Sequence record: SRR31156797_12923
DNA: 53,018 nucleotides
Strand: one strand, 5' to 3'
The position numbers were made by a program, and so were the translations under genes. Positions 39,752 through 50,329 of the stretch are shown piece by piece (within the stretch, counting starts at the first letter, position 1; the number at the start of each line of letters is the position of its first letter). The notes below the pieces were generated by a model. It searched no databases. It had not been told where the DNA came from and worked only from the letters and a program-made list of their open reading frames with translations.

Positions 39752-40861
39752 TTACGCTAAATTTTCTTTAAAAAACGCTTCCAGCTTATCAAATGGAATC
39801 ACATCAACTTGGTCATACAAATCTGTATGAGTAGCATCAGGAATAATCATCAGTTCTTTTGGCTCAGCGGCAGCAGCATAAGCTGTTTCACTAAAGTAAC
39901 GTGAGTGCGCTTTTTCACCATGCACCAGTAGCATTGGACGAGGTGATATTTCAGCAATATATGTCAAAATTGGCATATTCATAAATGACAACGGTGTGGT
40001 TAATGTCCATGATGCGTTTGAGTTGATCGCACGAGGATGGAAACCACGCTCTTTTGACTTGTAATAGTCTGCATATTCAACCACGAATTGAGGCTCGCCA
40101 CCTTGCAACTCAAGTGATACTGGTCCGTAAGCTGGCTCACCATTTTCTGCATCTTTCCAACGTTGCTGTGCTAGTTGTTCAAGACCTTGAGCGCGTTGCT
40201 CCGCAGTTACGCTGTCGTTGTAACCTTTTGAGTATAGACGTGTCATATCATACATAGTGCTCGCAACGACCGCTTTAATGCGTTTATCAATGGCAGCAGC
40301 GTTTAATACCATACCGCCCCATCCACATACACCAATCGCTCCGATACGTTCGCGGTCAACATTTGTCTGTAGGCCAAGAAAATCGACGGCGGCACTGAAA
40401 TCTTCAGTATTGATATCTGGAGATGCGACATTGCGTGGCTCACCACCACTCTCACCAGTAAATGAAGGGTCGAACGCTAATGTAACAAAACCACGTTCAG
40501 CCATTGTTTGTGCGTATAGGCCAGAAGATTGCTCTTTTACCGCACCAAACGGGCCGCTAAGCACTAAGCCCGCCAACTTACCTGACGCATTCTTTGGCTG
40601 ATAAACATCTGCCGCCAAAGTAACGCCGTATCGGTTTTTAAATGTGACCTTCTTATGGTCAACTTTCGCACTTTTAGGAAACGTTTTATCCCACTCTTGA
40701 CCTAAAGTAATGTCACTATGAGCAAATGCTGGGCTAGAAGTCAGCGCACTAACACCTAAAGCTACTGCCCCTGCTCCCGCCATTTTCATCATATTTCTGC
40801 GACTAGCATCAGGCAAATCTTGTGTTGATATCGTGTTGTCAGTTTTATTTAGCTTACTCAT
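39752..40861 (-). CDS. Tat-exported alpha/beta hydrolase, YcjY-like (Cys nucleophile)
   Basis: SRRNMMK Tat motif with AFA cleavage site; GPFGAVKEQ, GVCGWGG, HTDLYD. Confidence 0.88.
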   Translation of the reverse strand: MSKLNKTDNTISTQDLPDASRRNMMKMAGAGAVALGVSALTSSPAFAHSDITLGQEWDKTFPKSAKVDHKKVTFKNRYGVTLAADVYQPKNASGKLAGLVLSGPFGAVKEQSSGLYAQTMAERGFVTLAFDPSFTGESGGEPRNVASPDINTEDFSAAVDFLGLQTNVDRERIGAIGVCGWGGMVLNAAAIDKRIKAVVASTMYDMTRLYSKGYNDSVTAEQRAQGLEQLAQQRWKDAENGEPAYGPVSLELQGGEPQFVVEYADYYKSKERGFHPRAINSNASWTLTTPLSFMNMPILTYIAEISPRPMLLVHGEKAHSRYFSETAYAAAAEPKELMIIPDATHTDLYDQVDVIPFDKLEAFFKENLA

Positions 40862-41021
40862 GGTAGCTTCTCCTAAATAGACCAAAGTTTGGCTTTATTG
40901 CATTCATTAGCATGACTACCCTAACTTGCTAACAAACCTTATATTGAAGAGTCCTCAACGATTTGATAACTCAACATCAATACAACCATTTTGACCATTC
41001 ACGGCACTTATGCGTTAGTCA

Positions 41022-41048
41022 GATTTTCTTTAAAACTTGCCTGATCTT
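41022..41048 (-). promoter_or_regulatory. Putative AraC box, copy 7
   Basis: Minus strand AAGATCAGGCAA-N8-GAAAATC; CAAAAT 55 nt downstream. Confidence 0.6.
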
Positions 41049-41211
41049 CGAAAACATCACTTTGTTAACAATTAAAGAATTCTGTTCCAAAACAAACAAA
41101 TACATAAATAATTCTTTAAATACATATAGTTAATATCTTTTTAGCATAAACATCGCACCTGAAACACAAACTTACAATTTGATACATCTTCCAAACTTTG
41201 CATTTAAAACA

Positions 41212-42126
41212 CTACATTCGGTAATCTAAATCCCACGGAGCCGTTTCCCCTCCGAATTTATCAACCAAAAAATCAACCAATAATCTTAAGGTCAGTGGTT
41301 GATGTTGCCGTGATAGATAAACAGCATAAATCCCCAAAGGCTCTGGTTTTTCATCCGGTAAAAGAGGAATCAAATTCCCCTGTTTAATCTGTTCACCGAT
41401 GTAAAATGTCGGCAGCATTCCTATTCCTGCACCACACATAACCGCACGAAACACGCCATCAGTTTCATTACTTTGGAAATGACCTTTTACCGGAATTTCT
41501 ACCACGCCGTTCTCTTGTACAAATCGATAATGCCGGTGGGTACCTGACACATGAGTAATACAATAATGGGAATCCAAGTCGGCCAGTTTTTCTGGTTTAC
41601 CGTACTTATTGATATATTCCGGTGAAGCACATAATACAGAATGACAAATAGATAATGGTCGTACGATAAAATTCGGGTCGAGAGAATTGGTTATTCGAAT
41701 CGCAAGATCCACTCGCTCTTCGACTAAGTTTGCTGCGGAATGACCAACAGAAAGTACAATTTCCACCAGCGGATATTGTTGCTGAAACTCCACTAAAGCA
41801 CGCGTCAACTGAGCATCCGCGAATGAACCTGAGGAAGCGACTCGAATAACCCCTTTCGGCGTTCCACTTCGTTCCAATGCTATATTTTTTGCATTATCTA
41901 CTGCTAACAGCATCTCTTTACAGGCTGGCAGTGTCGCAACACCAACATCTGTAAGACTGATTTTTCGGGTCGTTCTATGCAGTAGTCGGGCCCCAAACCA
42001 CCTTTCTATTTCAGCCAAATAACGGCTAACCATGGCGGTAGACATATTCAGTTGATCTGCTGCTTTAGTCATACTGCCCTGTTCTGCAATTTCGATGAAT
42101 ACTCTCGCAGCAGTTAAACGATCCAT
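41212..42126 (-). CDS. LysR family regulator (DmlR-like)
   Basis: MDRLTAARVF, RLLHRTTRKISLT, VDLAIRI. Confidence 0.93.
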   Translation of the reverse strand: MDRLTAARVFIEIAEQGSMTKAADQLNMSTAMVSRYLAEIERWFGARLLHRTTRKISLTDVGVATLPACKEMLLAVDNAKNIALERSGTPKGVIRVASSGSFADAQLTRALVEFQQQYPLVEIVLSVGHSAANLVEERVDLAIRITNSLDPNFIVRPLSICHSVLCASPEYINKYGKPEKLADLDSHYCITHVSGTHRHYRFVQENGVVEIPVKGHFQSNETDGVFRAVMCGAGIGMLPTFYIGEQIKQGNLIPLLPDEKPEPLGIYAVYLSRQHQPLTLRLLVDFLVDKFGGETAPWDLDYRM

Positions 42127-42232
42127 TATTTCAATCCACGCAATAATCAATTAATTGAATTGGAATTTATCAAACTATAAAGACCTTATACAGTGTCGCG
42201 ATTCCAATCCGTTCTATTCAAAGGGAAATGTT

Positions 42233-43285
42233 ATGAAAAAAATCCGTCACTTTATGTATTCTGCTCTTGCCATAGGAATGCTGTCTGCTTGCTCATCAGC
42301 GACCAGTGCAGTTGCAGAAGCACCGTCGACAGTGAGCGCAACTTACGTCACTCAATCAAGCACTAAAGCTTTAGCTCCTGGAGAAAAAGTCGCGGACCTA
42401 TTTCAATTGAATATGACCACACCATACGTACTCCAACGTATTACGGAACATACTTATTGGTATGAGTCTGGATTCTACGCCACCATTTTTTATGTTGGTG
42501 ACAAAGGCGTACTGCTATTTGACCCACTTGAAATGCGTGCTGAGCCTATTTTGAAATCTATTCGCTCAGTGACAGATAAACCAATTACAACAATCGTTTA
42601 TTCTCATGATCACGCGGACCACATCGCGGCAACAGGCCAACTGCTTGAGATGTTGAAATCCACTCAGAAAGAAGTTCCAGAAATCATTGCTTCTCAAGCT
42701 ACCGCGAAAAAAATGGAGCTACTTGATAGTACTCTAGTAAAACCAACTAAAGTCATTGATTGGCCTAACAGCTCTTTTAAATTTGAAAACCTAGATGTAG
42801 AACTACACGGTTTTGACCATGCTGCGCATACCGATGACCATTCAGCATGGCTATTAGTCCAAGAAAAAGTTCTGCATGCACCAGACTTATTAAATGCTGA
42901 CCAACCTCCATTCTGGAACTTTGCAGGTTCAGAGCGTTTCACCTATTTAGAACAAAACCTGAAAACAGCAAACGCTTTGGATTGGGTGTACTTTAACGGT
43001 GGCCACGGAAATATCGGTTCGCATGATGATTTTGCTTTCCACTTAAAGTTCATTTCAGATCTCAAAGCTGAAGTTGGCAAAGCGATGGGTGAAGTACCCT
43101 TTGGTTTTGGCGTTGATGTTGAAACAATCAACGCTCACACGGTAATGCTTCCAGCGTGGTACGGCGAAATTGCCAAACGTGCAACAGACGCGCTTCGCCC
43201 TGAATATGGTAACTATTACGGTTTTGAAACCGCTGTTCCTGCGAACGCAGAAATGATCGCAGAATACCTTTACAGTTATAGATAA
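42233..43285 (+). CDS. MBL-fold hydrolase lipoprotein
   Basis: Lipobox LSAC; YSHDHADH, AHT, PD, GGHG metal ligands; start at 42233 after AAGGG. Confidence 0.82.
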   Translation: MKKIRHFMYSALAIGMLSACSSATSAVAEAPSTVSATYVTQSSTKALAPGEKVADLFQLNMTTPYVLQRITEHTYWYESGFYATIFYVGDKGVLLFDPLEMRAEPILKSIRSVTDKPITTIVYSHDHADHIAATGQLLEMLKSTQKEVPEIIASQATAKKMELLDSTLVKPTKVIDWPNSSFKFENLDVELHGFDHAAHTDDHSAWLLVQEKVLHAPDLLNADQPPFWNFAGSERFTYLEQNLKTANALDWVYFNGGHGNIGSHDDFAFHLKFISDLKAEVGKAMGEVPFGFGVDVETINAHTVMLPAWYGEIAKRATDALRPEYGNYYGFETAVPANAEMIAEYLYSYR

Positions 43286-43294
43286 TTCACTGTT

Positions 43295-43332
43295 ACAGGG
43301 CTACCAAGCTAATCTGGTAGTCCTGTTTTTTT
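43295..43332 (+). terminator. Rho-independent terminator
   Basis: ACAGGGCTACCA...TGGTAGTCCTGT followed by a T-tract. Confidence 0.75.
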
Positions 43333-43377
43333 ATTATATTAGTTTTAACGCCTTAATAAACACTAAGCATTATTCTT

Positions 43378-44265
43378 CTAATATAAGCTCGGGTTATAAT
43401 GACGAAATAGTGTTTTGACAAACAGACCACCCGCTGAATTTAAGTTTCTATTCTTCTTCCACAAAATCACACTTTGTGTACGTTTCCGCGGCTCAATAGG
43501 TAAGAATACGACATCTGAACGCTTTTCGATCAGTTCACTCGTTATCGCTATGGGGTAGCCTAAATTGTATTCTACGCAGTAGAGAGCGGTAGAAATGATA
43601 TTGTATTTCGCGGTTACTTTTAGTTTGTATTTATTCTTACCAAACCAATTTTCAATTTCATTTATTGCGGCCTTCTTATTCGGCAAAGCCAAACTCATCT
43701 TGCTCAACTCTTTAACTGACACCGATTCTTTATCCGCAAGGGGATCATCACTTTTCACTAAAATGCCCCACTCTTCATACTGACTCAATCGAATCACATT
43801 GAAATCGGATGTATCAATGGGTTCAAGCAGTAAGCACAAGTCTATCGTGCCATGTTCCATTTTCTCAATCAGCTCTTCACTGCTTCCTGTAAATATATTG
43901 AACTGAACATTAGGAAACTGTTGAGAGAAATAACTCATTTGCTGATAGACATCTTTTGCCCCCAGAGAATCAACAAAACCGAGTGAAATTTCGCCTGAAA
44001 TTACCGAGTTTTCATCTAAGATTTCCTGAACCGTTTTATCGGCGAGATCGAGCAGTTCTCTTGCCCTTAGCTTAAGTAACTTACCTTCATCGGTCAGTTC
44101 AATCGTTCGTTTTTCTTTATTGAACAACTTAACATTCAGGCTCTCTTCCAAAAGAATCAATTGGCGGCTGAGGGTCGGCTGAGTAATGTGGAGCAATTCT
44201 GCGGCTTTGGTGATATTTTTTGTCTGAGCAACCGTCGAAAAATATCGCAATACTTTTAAGTCCAT
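43378..44265 (-). CDS. LysR family regulator
   Basis: LRYFSTVAQTKNITKAAELLHITQPTLSRQL. Confidence 0.93.
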   Translation of the reverse strand: MDLKVLRYFSTVAQTKNITKAAELLHITQPTLSRQLILLEESLNVKLFNKEKRTIELTDEGKLLKLRARELLDLADKTVQEILDENSVISGEISLGFVDSLGAKDVYQQMSYFSQQFPNVQFNIFTGSSEELIEKMEHGTIDLCLLLEPIDTSDFNVIRLSQYEEWGILVKSDDPLADKESVSVKELSKMSLALPNKKAAINEIENWFGKNKYKLKVTAKYNIISTALYCVEYNLGYPIAITSELIEKRSDVVFLPIEPRKRTQSVILWKKNRNLNSAGGLFVKTLFRHYNPSLY

Positions 44266-44363
44266 AAAGTAACTATGCTATCGAAAATACTTATCTGCAT
44301 CATAATCATCACTACACGGTTCAGCAACCGGTATAAAATAACCGTTCAGCGAGTCTTGAATTC

Positions 44364-44400
44364 AAAAAAATAGCCTACACTGCATTCTTTGTAGGCTATT
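44364..44400 (-). terminator. Terminator after the GH1 gene
   Basis: AATAGCCTACA...TGTAGGCTATT with a U-tract on the minus strand. Confidence 0.7.
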
Positions 44401-44424
44401 GATTATTTGTTTATTTCTCAAACA

Positions 44425-45819
44425 CTATGACGTGGATTTGATCAAATCTTGATACCAATAAAAGCTTTTCTTCGGAATTCTTGCCAGTTCCTTCAAGTCA
44501 AACTCTTCACGGTCAATATAGATAAAACCGTAGCGTTTACCGTAGCCCTGATGGGTACTAACGAGATCCAGAGCAGCCCACGGACAATAAGAGAAAATCT
44601 CCACACCATCGTTGATAGCCAGTTGCATCTGGTCAATGTGTAACTGTAGATAATCAATACGATATTGATCATCAACTTCACCATCAACCAACTTATCACT
44701 CTGACCCAACCCATTTTCCGAAATCATAATCGGTAAGCGATATTTGTCCCACACAGCGCGTAACGTTGTTCTAAATCCAACAGGATCAATGAACCAGCTG
44801 TATTCCGTTTTACTTATGTGCTGATTCACAGCGGCACGGTAAACCCCTTCTTCACCATAAGTGATCTGCTGATCACCTTCACGCAGTGTTACGTCAGTCC
44901 CATCATTCTTAGCAGCGGCAACCGTCATCGTGGCGTAGTAGTTGATGGAGATAAAATCAGGGCATGCACCTGCTTTTAATATCTCAGCGTCCCCTTCCTC
45001 GAAAGTGGGAGCGTACCCCCGGTCTGACAGATAGGCCCACACTAAACTGTTATATTCACCGTGATATGCCATATCCAAGTAAAGCCAGCAACGAATAGCC
45101 ATCCAGTTATCAGCGGCAATCACATCTTCTGGGTTACAAGTTTCAGGGTAGACTGAAATAATATTAGGAGCAGGACCTATTTTTGCGTTATCTAACATGT
45201 CATGGCACAACTTAGTCGCGCGAGCCTGGGCCAAAAACATATGATGGGCTTGCTGATAGGCCTCTTTCTTCGATGAAACCTTATTCCCAATAGCGTTACC
45301 ATGCAAAATAATGACATTCTGTTCGTTAATCGTCAGGAAGTACTTAACTCTGTCCCCATAACGCTCAAACACAAGTTTTGAAAATTCCACAAACGCTTCA
45401 ATCGTATTTCTATTGCTCCAGCCTCCCTCTTCTTCAAGAGCCTGAGGCAAATCAAAATGATACAAGGTGAGAATTGGTTCGATATTATATTTCAATAACT
45501 CATCAATTAAGTTGCTATAGAACTCAACGCCTTTCTCGTTAACTTCGCCTCTACCTTGCGGTAATAGTCGCGACCAAGCCACAGAGAATCGGTACGCTTT
45601 CAGCCCCATTTCGGCAAACAGTTTTACATCTTCTTTATATCGGTGGTAATGATCGCTAGCGACGCTAAAGTCCGTAATGCCAGGGTGACGAGCGCCTAAA
45701 TGGTCTTGCACGGATGGACCTTTACCATCGATATCTGCAGCTCCCTCTACTTGAAATGCTGATGTAGAAGCTCCCCATAAAAAATTCTTTGGAAATGGTT
45801 TTAACTGCTTATAAAACAT
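44425..45819 (-). CDS. 6-phospho-beta-glucosidase (GH1)
   Basis: FLWGASTSAFQVEG, TINEQN, ISENG, VSTHQGYGKRYG. Confidence 0.9.
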   Translation of the reverse strand: MFYKQLKPFPKNFLWGASTSAFQVEGAADIDGKGPSVQDHLGARHPGITDFSVASDHYHRYKEDVKLFAEMGLKAYRFSVAWSRLLPQGRGEVNEKGVEFYSNLIDELLKYNIEPILTLYHFDLPQALEEEGGWSNRNTIEAFVEFSKLVFERYGDRVKYFLTINEQNVIILHGNAIGNKVSSKKEAYQQAHHMFLAQARATKLCHDMLDNAKIGPAPNIISVYPETCNPEDVIAADNWMAIRCWLYLDMAYHGEYNSLVWAYLSDRGYAPTFEEGDAEILKAGACPDFISINYYATMTVAAAKNDGTDVTLREGDQQITYGEEGVYRAAVNQHISKTEYSWFIDPVGFRTTLRAVWDKYRLPIMISENGLGQSDKLVDGEVDDQYRIDYLQLHIDQMQLAINDGVEIFSYCPWAALDLVSTHQGYGKRYGFIYIDREEFDLKELARIPKKSFYWYQDLIKSTS

Positions 45820-45859
45820 TAAATAAATCCTTACCTAAATAATACAAATAAATAATCGG

Positions 45860-47725
45860 TTACGCGTTTTGATTGACGAAGATAAGCTCATCGCTAATGT
45901 TCGTTTGCGATTGTTCTTTCACAAGGCAATCAATGTGAGCACCGTTATCTAAATTGGTCACAATTACCGGTGTCTGCAAAGACAGACCATGGGAGGCAAT
46001 CGCTTCTAAATCACACGTTATTAATGTTTGACCCGCTTTAATTTTGTCGCCTTCCGACACGAAAGCTTCGAAATGCTCACCATTGAGTGAAACCGTGTCG
46101 ATACCGACATGTATCAACAATTCCGTGCCGTTATCTGACTCAAGACAAACCGCATGTTTTGAAGGAAGAATGGATACCACGGTACCGTCAAATGGTGCCA
46201 CGACCTTACCTTCAGTTGGTTCAATCGCAATGCCCTTACCCAAGGCTTCCGAAGCAAACACTTCATCTTTCACAGAGCTCAGAGGAATGACTTTTCCTTT
46301 CATTGGTGTAAGCACCATTTCGTTTTTAATGACCGCTTCCGCACTGATAGTGTCCGTTTCTACAGTGTCTTTTTCGTAGCGTAGTGATGCCAAATAAGTC
46401 AGCACCGCCGTAACGACAACCGTGATAGCTAGCGCGATAAGAATGTTATACAGGTTCCACACATTCTCACCGATATAAAGAGGGATTGCAGGAACACCAG
46501 AAGCACCAGTCGCATATCGGTATACATCACCAAAGCCTGCGTACAAACCACCACACGCAGCACCAATCATGCCCGTGACTAATGGGTACTTCTTAGGAAT
46601 ATTAATCCCGTATAATGCTGGTTCAGTGATCCCCATCAGCGCAGTAATACCACCTGAATTTGCTATTTGCTTTGTTTTTGAATCTTTGACTCGGCGACTA
46701 ACAACAAGGGCCGCTACACCATGGGCAATGTTCGCAAGCAATGCTCCTGGGCCAATGATATTCTCCACACCCATCGTGGTAATTTGCGTCAGTGAAAGTG
46801 GAACAATGCTGTGGTGAATACCAAACATAACCAAGATTGGCCACAACGTTGCCATCGCAAATACAATCATCCAGCTACCGTATGACTGCATAGCATTAAA
46901 TACGACGACGATGTAATCACCAATATAAGCACCTAATGGGCCGAGAACCGTAAGTCCTGCGATACCTACACTGAAGATTGTCAGCATAGGGACGAAAACA
47001 ATTTTAATAGAGTTCGGTATTCTCTTATTCAAGAAGTTCTCAACGATTGACTGTAGCCAAACAATCAACAGAATTGGAATAACAGACGATCCGTAACTCA
47101 CCATACGTATAGGTAAGCTAAAAATCTCAACAGGGTCGCCGGCATTTTTCAGCGCTACAAAACTCGGATGAAGCAGAATTCCACCCAGAACAGCAGCAAT
47201 CAAAGGGCTACATTTCATTTTTTGAGCGGCAGAGAACGCTAAAAGAATAGGTAAAAAGTAGAATACAGCGTCTGACATCATGTTGATTAGGTAGTAGGAT
47301 TGCTCATCACGACTGACCACACCAAACATCAGTAATAGTGCCAATAGCGCCTTTACCATACCTGCACCAGCAATCGCTGGTATTATCGGACTGAACGTTC
47401 CAGACACAAAGTCAATCACACGGCTTAGTACATTCGGCTTTTCTTGGTCGCTAGCATCCCCAGAATCTGCATCTAGTTTTAGTGTACTACTCAATTCATC
47501 GAACACCTCTTTGACGTGCGTGCCGATAACGACCTGACACTGTCCGCCACTAACAACAACGCTGATCACACCGTTAATCGCATTAATCGCTTTTAAGTCA
47601 GCAGCGTCATAGTCTTTAAGTACAAATCTCAATCTCGTTTGGCAATGATTCAAATCTTGAATATTTGATTCACCACCAATTCCTTTTATAAGTTCCACAA
47701 TTAAAGCGTTATATTTATCGCTCAT
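45860..47725 (-). CDS. PTS beta-glucoside transporter IIBCA (BglF/BglP-like)
   Basis: HCQTRLRF (IIB), GITEPALYG (IIC), KHA and LIHVGIDT (IIA). Confidence 0.93.
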   Translation of the reverse strand: MSDKYNALIVELIKGIGGESNIQDLNHCQTRLRFVLKDYDAADLKAINAINGVISVVVSGGQCQVVIGTHVKEVFDELSSTLKLDADSGDASDQEKPNVLSRVIDFVSGTFSPIIPAIAGAGMVKALLALLLMFGVVSRDEQSYYLINMMSDAVFYFLPILLAFSAAQKMKCSPLIAAVLGGILLHPSFVALKNAGDPVEIFSLPIRMVSYGSSVIPILLIVWLQSIVENFLNKRIPNSIKIVFVPMLTIFSVGIAGLTVLGPLGAYIGDYIVVVFNAMQSYGSWMIVFAMATLWPILVMFGIHHSIVPLSLTQITTMGVENIIGPGALLANIAHGVAALVVSRRVKDSKTKQIANSGGITALMGITEPALYGINIPKKYPLVTGMIGAACGGLYAGFGDVYRYATGASGVPAIPLYIGENVWNLYNILIALAITVVVTAVLTYLASLRYEKDTVETDTISAEAVIKNEMVLTPMKGKVIPLSSVKDEVFASEALGKGIAIEPTEGKVVAPFDGTVVSILPSKHAVCLESDNGTELLIHVGIDTVSLNGEHFEAFVSEGDKIKAGQTLITCDLEAIASHGLSLQTPVIVTNLDNGAHIDCLVKEQSQTNISDELIFVNQNA

Positions 47726-47832
47726 TTTATTCTCCGATATAAGTCAATTCGACGCTTATATAGCCCGTTTATTATGGGAAAATCTTATCAATGCGTTTTT
47801 TGTACATCTAATACCAAAAATCGATAATCAGT

Positions 47833-47849
47833 AATGCCTTTTAAGCATT
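47833..47849. promoter_or_regulatory. Putative LysR box upstream of the PTS-GH1 operon
   Basis: AATGC-N7-GCATT (T-N11-A). Confidence 0.45.
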
Positions 47850-48106
47850 CAAATTAGAAAATTAGGTGAAAAATTAAGGTAACACTATGATATTTATTCG
47901 ATTTAATACAACAACCCCAAAAAACCAAACGATTAAAAATCAAACAACAAGGTTAACTTTTCGCCATTAAAATGATTGGTTTTATGAAGTAGCTCATACT
48001 AATTCAGTGATCGGTTGAGCCGTTTGACCGAGGAGTCGTACGTGAAAACGGTTGGAGGGGGACGGAGAAGCTAGCTTAACCACAAGCTTCTCACGATGCG
48101 AATAGA

Positions 48107-48457
48107 TTATTGAAATTCCGATAGGTCTAAAGGAACGGAATCACCAAGCCAATAGGCATAAATAGTATGGTCTTCCAACTCATCGCCTGATAACGCATGA
48201 ACCAAGATGCTTAGCCCCTCTCTCTCAGCGTCTAACCAGGGAACTAGCTGGTCAAAATCTTTAGACGTAAATTTGATTTGGCAGCTCCATTTAGAGTGTG
48301 GCCCCACCAACTTTTGATGCACTCGACCAACCTTTACTGGATAAAGTTCTCCAGCCTTTTGGCATAAGTTTGAAGCAAACTCTACGGTTTCTTGTTCGAA
48401 ATAGACATGCGCATGGTATGCGCGATGTGAATTCACTGGTCTTTTAATCGTTGTCAT
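48107..48457 (-). CDS. DOPA 4,5-dioxygenase family protein
   Basis: YHAHVYF, VGPH, ILVH, EDHT...WLG. Confidence 0.88.
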   Translation of the reverse strand: MTTIKRPVNSHRAYHAHVYFEQETVEFASNLCQKAGELYPVKVGRVHQKLVGPHSKWSCQIKFTSKDFDQLVPWLDAEREGLSILVHALSGDELEDHTIYAYWLGDSVPLDLSEFQ

Positions 48458-48660
48458 AATTATTCTCACATTGATTATATGTAGACATATTAAAGCTAGT
48501 TAGAGATTAGCAATAGCTTAGTTTCATAAATATTACTTTTAACATTTGTACAAAAATCGCCAACCTAACAACAAAAAATCCCGTGTAGACCGCTGACTCA
48601 CAGCATTTTACAACGGGATTATTCATTACTTAGGCTAGAGATCAGATAAAATTACTAAAC

Positions 48661-50127
<1,467 letters not shown>

Positions 50128-50238
50128 CTAGGTGGATAACCCATCAGGAAATCCAGCTATCCTACGAATCTTTGCGCAAATTAATGCTTGTATTCAGCCA
50201 TTAACAAATATACGAGGATTTGCCACAAAGATAATATG

Positions 50239-50271
50239 TCGACTGTTGCAATCAGTAGTGACGGATATTGT
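50239..50271 (-). promoter_or_regulatory. Tandem activator site C, upstream of the orphan PTS IIBC
   Basis: TCGACTGTTGC-N11-ACGGATATTGT; 24 of 27 bp identical to the core of site A. Confidence 0.65.
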
Positions 50272-50301
50272 TTATGTTACTTACACATGGTGAAAATCGT
50301 T

Positions 50302-50328
50302 AAAAAGCGAGCTCATGGCTCGCTTTTT
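50302..50328 (-). terminator. Terminator after the MCP gene
   Basis: AAAAAGCGAGC...GCTCGCTTTTT. Confidence 0.78.
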
Positions 50329-50329
50329 A

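Noticed and set aside
48470-48660. Possible frameshifted IIA remnant after the PTS IIBC
   Set aside because: No IIA-like sequence is visible and a terminator-like hairpin follows; IIBC-only permeases are normal, so it is not called a pseudogene.
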